DNA of 56,531 nt, taken from sequence record SRR20825006_915, one strand, 5' to 3'. A program made the translations under genes and the position numbers. Positions 1-8,808 of this stretch are shown one piece after another. The notes under the pieces were generated by a model that had not been told where the DNA came from, ran no database searches, and saw only the letters and a program-made list of their open reading frames with translations. Position 1 is the first letter of the stretch. Each line of letters starts with the position of its first letter.

Positions 1-1140
1 TATCTGCAGATTAACTTCTTTTTAGCTGGCGATCCCGATTATGCATTTCAGCACACACCGGCTAGTATTCGAGAATATGGTTTTAACGATGGCAGTATCT
101 ATCGCTCTTATTCAATTAATTTCGATACAATTCCTACCGACACCAATCCATTATTTTTAAAGGTCCTAATTAATAGAGGCAGCGATCTTTCACTACTTGT
201 TTTTAGAAGTTCTATAAATGAAGCGTTCTACTTTTTCGAAACTAGAGATGGTGAGATTATTTACATAGACCGAGATAGATACCGAACTTTTTTAAGTGAT
301 TATTCACAAGATTGTGCAGATACTTTTTCGAAAATCAATTTCTCAAGACTTCAGTATAACACCAAAGATCTTTCAGATTATGTAAATAGATACAACAGTT
401 GTTTTGATGTGTTTTACGATGATGACTACAGTTATCTCACCGATAATATTTTCAAGGTTGGCGTTAATATTGGAACAGGATTCGGTTTTATTGTGCACCC
501 TAACTATACCTTAGATTCTCCGGATCTCAATGTTGGGTTTTCACTCGAAAAAACGAAAAACAAGTCCTCTTCCATTCTTCTTGAACTTGGTTTTACGAAA
601 AAGTCGCTTACTTACGAATCCTCCCAAAAAGGTAAATTATATGTTGGAGGTTTTACTAATAACCTTACAATAACGGAGCTATCAACTAAATCTGAAATTG
701 ACCTAATTGCATTATATGCCAATTTAGAATTCAAAAAAACGTTACGAAACTCACTTTATCTGATTTATGGCGTGGGTTTTTCGCAAACCTCAAATAAATC
801 TAAAGGTGAATATACTATCATCACCACCGACCAAGATATTATTGACAGCCGCGATTACAGTTTTGAAGCAAAAAGTGAGTTTAAACCTTCTGGAAATTTT
901 TTTAGCCTGAACTTCGGAACTGGAATTCCGTTTAAAATAGGGGATTTACGACCTAGTTTAGAAGCAAGAGCTAATTACAATTTTATAAAAAGTAGTGCTG
1001 AATCAAATCGTAAAGATGAGCTGGGCAATAAGAAAGAAATGACAGTTATTGTGCCTTCTGTGCGATATAGTTTAGTACCTCCTTCTCTGCCTAAAATAAC
1101 ATTAGATTTAACGCTAAAAATCCCCGTTTACTCACGCTAA
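1..1140 (+). CDS. Putative outer-membrane beta-barrel / porin-family protein, 5'-truncated by the window edge
   Basis: Frame 1 is open from base 1 (YLQINFFLAGDPDY...) through the track's GTG at 409 to TAA at 1140, so the true start lies upstream. The C-terminal half has alternating hydrophobic/aromatic beta-strand patterns (FKVGVNIGTG, LYLIYGVGFS, LNFGTG, LEARANYNF). Confidence 0.6.
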   Translation, partial: YLQINFFLAGDPDYAFQHTPASIREYGFNDGSIYRSYSINFDTIPTDTNPLFLKVLINRGSDLSLLVFRSSINEAFYFFETRDGEIIYIDRDRYRTFLSDYSQDCADTFSKINFSRLQYNTKDLSDYVNRYNSCFDVFYDDDYSYLTDNIFKVGVNIGTGFGFIVHPNYTLDSPDLNVGFSLEKTKNKSSSILLELGFTKKSLTYESSQKGKLYVGGFTNNLTITELSTKSEIDLIALYANLEFKKTLRNSLYLIYGVGFSQTSNKSKGEYTIITTDQDIIDSRDYSFEAKSEFKPSGNFFSLNFGTGIPFKIGDLRPSLEARANYNFIKSSAESNRKDELGNKKEMTVIVPSVRYSLVPPSLPKITLDLTLKIPVYSR

Positions 1141-1161
1141 GATTCAATAATCGTAATATTA

Positions 1162-1884
1162 TTAACAGATTCGTCCGTTCAGTTCTTTCTTACGCTCGCG
1201 CCAATCTGGCAAAAACAAATCCATAAAAGCATGGAAACGTTTGTTATGAAGCCGTTCAAGAAGGTGTACCATTTCGTGCACCACCACATATTCAAGACAT
1301 TCGGGCGATTTTTTGGCTAACTCTAAACTCAGCCATATTCTCTGAGCTCGGATATTACAAGTTCCCCATCGTGTTTTCATTCTTTTAACGCCAATTTCTT
1401 TCACACTAACCTGCATAACGGGTTCCCATTTCGCAATCAATTTTGGGATATCCTCCTTCAAACTAGCTCGATACCATTCGTTCAAAACTTTCTCTTTCAT
1501 TTCTCTTGAAATTCCTTCTCGGGTCTGCAAAACAATTGTATGATCCTCAAATAGTTCTACCTTCGAAGAGGCTGCTTGGCTTATAACTTCAAGCTGGTGC
1601 GGCTTGCCTTTATAGAAATGAGTTTCTCCCGATATAAAATTCAATACTTCTACCTTTGGGACAACAGACTTTTTAGCCAATTGCTTCTTAATCCAATCGG
1701 CTCGAGATACTACAAAGTGCTCAATTGCTTTCTCAGGAACATGTATAGGCACAGAAACACGAACCTTCTGAGATATTGGTGAGACTTTAAGATATAGGTT
1801 TTTAATTTTTTTACGAGAAATTTCAACTTGAAACTCACCGATACGTTCGGTGGATATTTTCTCTTTTCTAAAGGGATTGAACAT
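1162..1884 (-). CDS. YgjP/DUF45-like (M48/SprT-type) zinc metallohydrolase
   Basis: MKTRWGTC, then EYVVVHEMVHLLERLH (HExxH) and FLPDWR, all typical of the YgjP/DUF45 family. Confidence 0.85.
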   Translation of the reverse strand: MFNPFRKEKISTERIGEFQVEISRKKIKNLYLKVSPISQKVRVSVPIHVPEKAIEHFVVSRADWIKKQLAKKSVVPKVEVLNFISGETHFYKGKPHQLEVISQAASSKVELFEDHTIVLQTREGISREMKEKVLNEWYRASLKEDIPKLIAKWEPVMQVSVKEIGVKRMKTRWGTCNIRAQRIWLSLELAKKSPECLEYVVVHEMVHLLERLHNKRFHAFMDLFLPDWRERKKELNGRIC

Positions 1885-1998
1885 CCGTCAACGATAGTAA
1901 ATAAATGGCTAATCTTCATTGCAAAAAAAGCTCTCGATTTTTCAATCAAGAGCTTCTCCACTAACAACTACAACTTCTTCGTTAAGGCTTTATAGTAC

Positions 1999-2511
1999 TT
2001 ATCTTCTATTTGAGGGCTTGTTAGAGCGGCCTCTTTGTCCCATTTTATTATTCTGGCGACCACCGGCAGTGGAATCGAAAACTAGCCGTTGCTCTTCAGT
2101 CAATAGAGATCTTATTTGTTGCTTATGTTCAATTTGAAAGAGCATCATTGTTTTTTCAAGTTTTGAAATATCATCAACAACAGCGTTTACTGCTTTTGAA
2201 TCGTATTTATCAGCTGTAGTTAGCGTAATAAGTTTTGCTTTTTTTTCTCTAAGCTGGTTTTTAACAGGTAACGCAGCTTTTTGACCGCTAGTTCTAATTT
2301 GATGAATCTGAGTTTTTTGTTCCTCAGTTAAATCAGGGATACGTAATTCTGGTCCAGCACCACGTTGGTTCTGATTGCCTTTCTGCAACATTTTACCTTG
2401 TGTATTTTGTTGCTTCTTCATATTTCCATTGTTCATTCTTTGAGCTTGAACGTTTATAGCAAATGCGCTCAACATGAATACTAAAAATGTGGTTTTAAAT
2501 AAGCGTCTCAT
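1999..2511 (-). CDS. Spy/CpxP-family periplasmic chaperone
   Basis: Signal peptide (AINVQA), two LTEEQ motifs (DLTEEQK, LLTEEQR) flanking helical segments, and a Shine-Dalgarno-like AGGAG upstream. Confidence 0.8.
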   Translation of the reverse strand: MRRLFKTTFLVFMLSAFAINVQAQRMNNGNMKKQQNTQGKMLQKGNQNQRGAGPELRIPDLTEEQKTQIHQIRTSGQKAALPVKNQLREKKAKLITLTTADKYDSKAVNAVVDDISKLEKTMMLFQIEHKQQIRSLLTEEQRLVFDSTAGGRQNNKMGQRGRSNKPSNRR

Positions 2512-2656
2512 GATCTATTCTCCTTTTCTTGATATTTATCGGGGTTATAGTATTAGGTGCTATTGCTTCAAAAAACTTGCGGGCAAGAAAATATATTTTT
2601 TAAATCCTACTAAAATAGAAGGCTAAAATTTGCTTCATAAAGTCTGATTTTATCTA

Positions 2657-2688
2657 GAATTAAATAGGCCTTAATTGATGGGTAACAT
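2657..2688 (-). promoter_or_regulatory. Copy 1 of a 32-bp 11-bp-periodic box (Pho-box-like)
   Basis: The minus strand reads ATGTTACC-CATCAA-TTAA-GGCCTAT-TTAA-TTC, with the same spacing as the copies at 7892 and 8022. Confidence 0.55.
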
Positions 2689-2823
2689 CAATACACATTT
2701 ATCTAATAATTCGTAAAATTGATCTGAAATATGAAGATAACCCACTGATTTTTTATATATTCAGATAGCTTTCACTGCCATGGTTTCTCATTATATAAAT
2801 CTTTATTAGACACCTCTTTTTTC

Positions 2824-3393
2824 ATGGATACATACATCATTGGGATTGGACAAAGAATTCGATCCATTAGAAAAGAAAAAGGAGTATATGCTAGCGAAAT
2901 CGCGAAGAGAGCAAATGTAAGTAACGGGTTGGTTTCTCGAATTGAAAACGGCCGAACAGTTCCTTCGGTACCTGTTTTGCTTTCCATTATTGAAGCATTA
3001 GAAGTACAACCAAGTGAATTTTTTGAAAGTATTAGCCAGTTTGCTCCGTTCAAGTATTTGAAAATCCCTGCCCAACAGCATCAAACTATTGAAAAAGAAG
3101 ACGAAGCGTCTGGTTTTAAATACGATCTAATTTTTAGTAAGCAGCTTCAAACTCTTGGTTTTGAGATCGTATTGTTAACTCTAGAACCAAATTGCCAACG
3201 TGAATGTGTTGAAACCGATGCTTTTGAGTTCAAATATATGCTTTCGGGAAAGTGTGAATACGTAATTGATGATGAAGTAGTGGAACTAAACGAGGGAGAG
3301 TCTATTTTCTTTAATGGCCGTTTACCACATGTTCCAAGAAATCCCAACATGGTACCTGCTACCATGTTGGTTTTCTATCTTTTTAATGAATAG
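2824..3393 (+). CDS. XRE-family HTH transcriptional regulator with C-terminal cupin sensor
   Basis: IRSIRKEKG...LVSRIENGRTVPS helix-turn-helix, followed by a cupin (EFKYMLSG...LNEGESIFFNGRLPH). Confidence 0.9.
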   Translation: MDTYIIGIGQRIRSIRKEKGVYASEIAKRANVSNGLVSRIENGRTVPSVPVLLSIIEALEVQPSEFFESISQFAPFKYLKIPAQQHQTIEKEDEASGFKYDLIFSKQLQTLGFEIVLLTLEPNCQRECVETDAFEFKYMLSGKCEYVIDDEVVELNEGESIFFNGRLPHVPRNPNMVPATMLVFYLFNE

Positions 3394-3402
3394 TACGTTT
3401 TA

Positions 3403-4521
3403 CTAAAGTTTAGCTAACTCTTCGAGTGCATAGCCAAATGAGAAGGTCATCCCTGCACCACCAAAGCCAGTTATAATTTTTACTTTATCCTCTGGTTGAG
3501 AAACAAACTCCGTTCCATTTGGATTTTTTGCATACACACCGTGCCATGTTTCTAATAAATCGATTTTCTTGGATTGCAAAAAAGTGTGCATGTAGTTCAT
3601 GATATAATCATTGATCTCTGTTTTGTCGAATGGATCAAAGCTGAGAGCATATTCATGAGAATCTCCTATAATGAGTTCATTAAATTCGTTTTGAGAAACC
3701 ATCACATGAATGCCCCATTTATCGAACTCTGGAGATTCTTTAGTAATACGATTTCGATACACTTCAAGAGAATCACATTGGGCAAAAGAAGCGTAATGCC
3801 TTAGAGTAAGTCCACCGCATAAAGTTGGTCCAAGAATAAATTGTTCGTCTTTGGATTTAGAACGCATCATTTGGAGCTTACTTTTTACAAGTCCACTTGT
3901 ATTAAAAACCTCAGGATATAGAGATTGAAAATCTGAACCTCCACAGATAAATACCTGCTCAGCCTTATACGAAGCTTTAGAAGTAATAAGCAATCCATCG
4001 TCTACGCTCAACACTTTTTCACCCAAATTCACCGTACACTTTGGATGTAGCGATAACCAATTGCAGATAGAATGAATGGCTCGTTTTGGGTTTACATTCA
4101 CTTCAGTGTCACTATAAAGACCACCTTTAAGATTCGTAGGATTTACATTGGGCGATTTTTGAAGAACCTTCGAAGCTGATAACAATTGAGTTCTATTTCC
4201 AAACTTAGTGTGGTATTCAGAAAGCACCGCATATTCATCTTCTTGATAAGCCAAATGAAGAGAGCCGTTTTCAAGAGCCCAGAAACCTGCTTTTTTTGAC
4301 ATATCCAGCCATTTTTCGCGACTTTTCACAGTCCTATCGTACAAATCCCCAGCTGGCTGACCAATTGGCCAAACCAAACCAAAGTTTCTAACTGAGGCTC
4401 CAACAGCCATTTCTTCTTGTTCAAATAGTTGAACAGAGTAGCCTTTTTCAACAGCAGCAACAGCGTGGGCTAAACCAATGATTCCGCCCCCAACAATTGC
4501 AATATCAATTTTATTCATCAT
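3403..4521 (-). CDS. FAD-dependent oxidoreductase, TIGR03364-like (aminophosphonate oxidase; DAO family)
   Basis: GGGIIG Rossmann motif, GASVRNFG, GLTLRHY, IIGDSHEY, WHGVY and GGAGMT motifs. It is clustered with a PhnX-like HAD, as is characteristic of this family. Confidence 0.85.
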   Translation of the reverse strand: MMNKIDIAIVGGGIIGLAHAVAAVEKGYSVQLFEQEEMAVGASVRNFGLVWPIGQPAGDLYDRTVKSREKWLDMSKKAGFWALENGSLHLAYQEDEYAVLSEYHTKFGNRTQLLSASKVLQKSPNVNPTNLKGGLYSDTEVNVNPKRAIHSICNWLSLHPKCTVNLGEKVLSVDDGLLITSKASYKAEQVFICGGSDFQSLYPEVFNTSGLVKSKLQMMRSKSKDEQFILGPTLCGGLTLRHYASFAQCDSLEVYRNRITKESPEFDKWGIHVMVSQNEFNELIIGDSHEYALSFDPFDKTEINDYIMNYMHTFLQSKKIDLLETWHGVYAKNPNGTEFVSQPEDKVKIITGFGGAGMTFSFGYALEELAKL

Positions 4522-4523
4522 TC

Positions 4524-5912
4524 TTATATAGTGTTTTTCATTGCTAAATCTGTGATTTCAAGAGCTTCATCAAAAGCTGATATCAGCATATCGATTTCTT
4601 CTTTGGTTACTATAAGTGGCGGAAAAATCCAGAGACCAAATTTATCACCAGGTACATAAATATTTTTTTCATCTAGTAGAAATTTCGACATCTGTTTAAC
4701 AGGTGTTTCAGAATATTTCTCAGATATCTTCCTGAATGATTCTTTGGTTTGTTGATTCTTAACCAATTCCATTGTCCACATCAAACCAACTCCTCGAACT
4801 TCCCCAACTGAAGCATGTTTTTCTTGAAGTTCGAGTAATTCTGATTCTAAATAAGCACCCATTTCTGTAGTATGCTCTAAAAGATTCTCTTGCTCAATAA
4901 CCTCTAAACTCGCTAAAGCAGCTGCTGCACCTAACGCATGGCCAGAGTAACTTTGTCCATGACCAAAGATATTCTCATCGAAAGAAGCAGCTACTTTTTC
5001 GCTAAAAATGGTTGCTGAAATGGGACAATATACACCCAGTGCTTTTCCCATGATTATGATATCCGGCTCAACATCATAATGCTCAATAGCTAGTAATTTG
5101 CCCGTTCTTCCCATTCCCGTCATCGTTTCATCAACAATCAGAAGTAGGTCAAACTCATCGCATATTTCGCGTAATCTTTTCATGTATGCTTTTGGAGCAG
5201 GAATCACTCCATTAGACCCAACAACAGGTTCTACTAAAACTGCAGCTACAAAGGCACTTCCGCCTTCCATTTCAATCATGTAGCGCATGTATTCAGCGGC
5301 CTTAAGTCCGTCGGGATCTTCACCAAATGGAGAACGGAATGGATATGCATCTGGTGCTTGGATAAAGCCAGGAACCGTTAGAGGCTCACTAAACCATTTT
5401 CTAGGGTCGCCACCAGCGGATAGCGCACCCATAGTTGCTCCGTGCCAAGCTCTATAACGTGATATAATTTTATACGGATATGGATATTGACGATTAGCTG
5501 CGTACTGATCAGTGCCGCCTTCCATAAGCTGGTTGTACTTATACATCCTAGCCGCTTTAATTGCAGCCTCAATAGAAGATGCCCCACTTTGACCAAACCA
5601 TACTTTTTTATTTGGTGAACCTGGCGTAATTGAGGCTAATTTCTGTGCAAGAAGCGCTGTTGGCTCCGTTGCAAAATCATCAGTTACATAAACTACTTTA
5701 TTGAGCTGTTCAATAATTGCTTGTTGTACTTTTGGATGATTAAAACCGAGGTTTACACATTCGTGAGCGCTTCGCAAATCAAAAATTTTGCGTCCATCTT
5801 TGGTGTGAATGTAGCATCCTTCGGTTTTATCAACAGCAATAGGGGAATAACTGGCCTGAGCAGACCAGCATTGCATCATGTACTTCCCTTGAACTTTGGA
5901 TATATCCATCAA
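4524..5912 (-). CDS. Class-III PLP-dependent aminotransferase (omega-amino/taurine-type fold)
   Basis: SRYRAWHGAT, VLVEPVVGSNG, DETMTGMGRTG, PDIIIMGK (PLP lysine), VRGVGLM and FPPL motifs. Confidence 0.85.
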   Translation of the reverse strand: MMDISKVQGKYMMQCWSAQASYSPIAVDKTEGCYIHTKDGRKIFDLRSAHECVNLGFNHPKVQQAIIEQLNKVVYVTDDFATEPTALLAQKLASITPGSPNKKVWFGQSGASSIEAAIKAARMYKYNQLMEGGTDQYAANRQYPYPYKIISRYRAWHGATMGALSAGGDPRKWFSEPLTVPGFIQAPDAYPFRSPFGEDPDGLKAAEYMRYMIEMEGGSAFVAAVLVEPVVGSNGVIPAPKAYMKRLREICDEFDLLLIVDETMTGMGRTGKLLAIEHYDVEPDIIIMGKALGVYCPISATIFSEKVAASFDENIFGHGQSYSGHALGAAAALASLEVIEQENLLEHTTEMGAYLESELLELQEKHASVGEVRGVGLMWTMELVKNQQTKESFRKISEKYSETPVKQMSKFLLDEKNIYVPGDKFGLWIFPPLIVTKEEIDMLISAFDEALEITDLAMKNTI

Positions 5913-5913
5913 C

Positions 5914-7821
5914 TTATTTGTGGCTTAACAAGAACGGTGCGATTGGCTTTTCTTCAAAACCAGGACCCTCGTATGTCAAAATTAGTCCTTCTCCTCCACC
6001 ACTTTCAAAAAACTCAACGCGTATTGGATGTTTTCCTTTTTCTAAGAGAACTTCCCCCGAAATTTTCTTCATTCCGTGTTCGCCATCATTATCTATAATA
6101 ATTTGATTGTGTAGAAATAGTTTACTGCCATCATCAGATGCGAGATTGAATTTATACCTGCCATCTTCTTTAACTTCTACGAATCCTTCATAAAGAATTA
6201 CGATATCATCCTCACGATGAGGAACGGCTTCTAGGGTAACAGATTTTGCTACGCCTTTAGAAACTGCTTTTAGTTTAGAGAAGTCTGGCAATTTTGTTAT
6301 GTCTTCCTCATAATAAGTATAAGCTAAACCTGATTTGGTACCCGAAGCTTTTACTGGATTCATTGGCATCAGTTTTCTTATATAAACTTTATTAACTCGG
6401 CTAGCTCTATTCTCTTTACTGTAAGCAATAACTTTAATTTCGCTAGTATTTTTAATAGTGAAAGGCTTAGTATACTTTTTTGAAGACTGATTTGGTTCGG
6501 ATCCGTCAGTAGTATAAAAAATGGTATTGTCTTCAAAGGCAGCTTCTAAAGCAATCTCAGTACTTTTTTCGAAAACACGACCTTCAGCTTTAATTTTTGG
6601 TGAAGGCGGCTGTAAAACAGATGCTTTGTTATTTACGCCTTCTGCTTTAGTAAGCTGAAAAGTATCAAAGGTTCTGCCTTCATGATCAATAGCTTTAAAG
6701 ATCACTGTTTTGTCATGAATTGCGAACGTACAGTAATGATGGCCAGTTTGAAGTTCAGCTGTAAACCAAGTTCTTGTTGGTGCAAAATCTTCCAAGCCAC
6801 CACCAGCTCCACCAGAGTTGATGTATACTACGCCATCTTCCTGATTTACCAAATTATCCTTAATAGGCCAAGTTCTTTCGTACATGTGAACATGTCCAAA
6901 TAGATCGAAATCAAGATTATATTTTTCGAAAAGTGGTACTAAGTATCTAGCGTGTGTTCCATAAGTTGAAGCTTCCTTAAAGGTATCACCACTATCATTT
7001 TCCTCTGATGTAAATGGAGGATGATGTTGAACTGCGATTTTCCATGTTGCATCCGATTTCGCCAACTCCCACTCTAACCAATTGTATTGCTCGGAACCTT
7101 CAGATATATCACGGTTCGAATCAATCATAAAAAATTGAGCATTACCATATTTGAATGTGTAGTAATATTCTGGCGCAGGATTCGCCATATACTGGTAGTA
7201 GTAATCAGAGTCATTTTCGTGATTTCCCAAAACAGTATATATTGGAAAACGGCTCATAGCTACGTGTCCAGGAGGGAAAAACTCGTCAGTCCAATCATCA
7301 AGATTGTTACCGTTATCTACAACATCGCCAGCTAAAACTGCAAAACTAGGGCGATCTTCCCACATACGTTGAGCAATTTTTTTCCACGCCCAAGGAGTGC
7401 TATTGTTACGCTGAGTATCTCCAATTAACGCGAACATAAATGCAGTACTATCATTTACTGCTGTTTTAAAAGAATACGTATTGCTTACAATTTCTTTGCC
7501 CGCAGATGTTTTAGAAACAATTCTCCAGAAATAATTGGTTTCCGTCTCTAAATCGTTTAAAACAACTTCATGCATAGTAGAAGATCCATCCACTGTTGCA
7601 TTCTGATTAAGAACTGGTTCACCCGAATTAAGAACTGCCTTCCCAAATTCAACTTTTGAAGTTGATTGCTCCTTCGTTTCCCAAAGTACAACAATGCTAC
7701 TTTTAGTAGCGAATTGTAAATAAGGCTTTACTATAAAATCGGTTTCGTTTTCTGTTGTTTGAGCTTGTACAAAAGGGGTTAACAAAAGTACAAGGCCAAT
7801 ACTAAATAGCCATTGCTTCAT
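5914..7821 (-). CDS. Exported metallophosphoesterase (PAP-like FN3 + calcineurin-like core + Fn3-associated + PA14)
   Basis: Signal peptide (FVQA). Metal motifs GDTQ, GDVVD, GNHE, HHP, GHVH. YTTDGSEP domain. PA14 signature SDDGSKL...DNDGEHG...GKHPIRVEFF. Confidence 0.85.
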   Translation of the reverse strand: MKQWLFSIGLVLLLTPFVQAQTTENETDFIVKPYLQFATKSSIVVLWETKEQSTSKVEFGKAVLNSGEPVLNQNATVDGSSTMHEVVLNDLETETNYFWRIVSKTSAGKEIVSNTYSFKTAVNDSTAFMFALIGDTQRNNSTPWAWKKIAQRMWEDRPSFAVLAGDVVDNGNNLDDWTDEFFPPGHVAMSRFPIYTVLGNHENDSDYYYQYMANPAPEYYYTFKYGNAQFFMIDSNRDISEGSEQYNWLEWELAKSDATWKIAVQHHPPFTSEENDSGDTFKEASTYGTHARYLVPLFEKYNLDFDLFGHVHMYERTWPIKDNLVNQEDGVVYINSGGAGGGLEDFAPTRTWFTAELQTGHHYCTFAIHDKTVIFKAIDHEGRTFDTFQLTKAEGVNNKASVLQPPSPKIKAEGRVFEKSTEIALEAAFEDNTIFYTTDGSEPNQSSKKYTKPFTIKNTSEIKVIAYSKENRASRVNKVYIRKLMPMNPVKASGTKSGLAYTYYEEDITKLPDFSKLKAVSKGVAKSVTLEAVPHREDDIVILYEGFVEVKEDGRYKFNLASDDGSKLFLHNQIIIDNDGEHGMKKISGEVLLEKGKHPIRVEFFESGGGEGLILTYEGPGFEEKPIAPFLLSHK

Positions 7822-7891
7822 GTTGATTTATTGCCTCTAAAAATTGATTGAATATTTCCGTAAAAAAGTTGTGTTGAATATCCCGTTTTTC

Positions 7892-7923
7892 ATGTTACCG
7901 TTACTTTAACTATGCGTTAACAT
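7892..7923 (+). promoter_or_regulatory. Copy 2 of the 32-bp Pho-box-like element
   Basis: ATGTTACCGTTACTTTAACTATGCGTTAACAT, with TTACC/TTAAC/TTAAC at 7895, 7906 and 7917 (11-bp period). Confidence 0.65.
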
Positions 7924-7934
7924 TCCAATCTAAT

Positions 7935-7963
7935 ATTGAGCATTTGTAAACCTATTGCTCAAT
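7935..7963. promoter_or_regulatory. Perfect 8-bp inverted repeat, candidate operator
   Basis: ATTGAGCA-N13-TGCTCAAT in the divergent promoter region. Confidence 0.35.
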
Positions 7964-8021
7964 CTGAATATTTACATAAACTATTGTTATTAAACATATA
8001 ATGAAATTTTTATAAATTTCT

Positions 8022-8053
8022 ATGTTACCAATTCTTTAAGACTTTATTAACAT
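8022..8053 (+). promoter_or_regulatory. Copy 3 of the 32-bp Pho-box-like element
   Basis: ATGTTACCAATTCTTTAAGACTTTATTAACAT, with TTACC/TTAAG/TTAAC at 8025, 8036 and 8047. It lies 130 bp from copy 2. Confidence 0.65.
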
Positions 8054-8122
8054 ATACGAAATCTATCTTTCTTTGCATGCCCATCGTTTATCTTTGGCTT
8101 AAAATTCAAACCGAGTAGATTT

Positions 8123-8806
8123 ATGAAGCCAAGATTAGTTGTATTTGATATTGCAGGAACCACCCTTAACGATACTGCAAATAGTGTGAACGATAGTTTT
8201 AGAGGGGCGTTAAAAATCCATGGCATTTCAGCCACACAAGAAGAGATTAATGCCGTAATGGGTTACAAAAAGAAGACGGCCATACAAACCATTTTGACAA
8301 GTTTGCCAAATCAAGAAAGTTCGCCTGAGCTAGTAGAACAGATACATGATTCATTTTTGGAACTTATTAACGAATATTACAGAAGCTCGCCTGACATTGC
8401 AGAAATTGAAGGCGCCTCTCAGCTCTTTGGTGAATTAAAAGGAGTCGGAATCAAGGTTGCTCTAGACACCGGTTTTAGCCGCTCTACCACTGATATTATT
8501 TTGGAGAGAACTGGTTGGCTACAAAATGGATTAATTGATGCATCCAAAGCGAGTGATGAAGTAGAAGATGGTCGTCCGCATCCTTTCATGATTCAAGCAT
8601 TAATGGCGGATTTAAATATTTCTAAGTCTTCGAGTATTGTAAAAGTTGGTGATACTCCCTCTGATCTAATGGAAGGCGAAAATGCGAAATGTGGCCTTAC
8701 GGTTGGCGTTCTTTATGGCACACATACTCGTAGCCAATTAAAAGACTTTCACCATGATTATTTGATAGAAGACATTACTGAGTTAAAGACTTTAATTGGG
8801 TTATAA
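8123..8806 (+). CDS. Phosphonatase-like HAD hydrolase (PhnX-like, TIGR03351-type)
   Basis: DIAGT (DxAGT rather than DxDGT), cap motif MGYKK, TGF, GRPHP (Arg in place of the HAD Lys) and KVGDT. Confidence 0.85.
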   Translation: MKPRLVVFDIAGTTLNDTANSVNDSFRGALKIHGISATQEEINAVMGYKKKTAIQTILTSLPNQESSPELVEQIHDSFLELINEYYRSSPDIAEIEGASQLFGELKGVGIKVALDTGFSRSTTDIILERTGWLQNGLIDASKASDEVEDGRPHPFMIQALMADLNISKSSSIVKVGDTPSDLMEGENAKCGLTVGVLYGTHTRSQLKDFHHDYLIEDITELKTLIGL

Positions 8807-8808
8807 CA

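Noticed and set aside
1162-1884. YgjP-like gene as a marker of a type I restriction or defence locus
   Set aside because: No hsdR/M/S or other defence genes are nearby in the window.
8089-8096. TATCTTTG matching the Bacteroidota -7 promoter element
   Set aside because: The upstream TTTG is only 13 bp away rather than the usual ~19-21, and the motif is not seen consistently at other promoters here.
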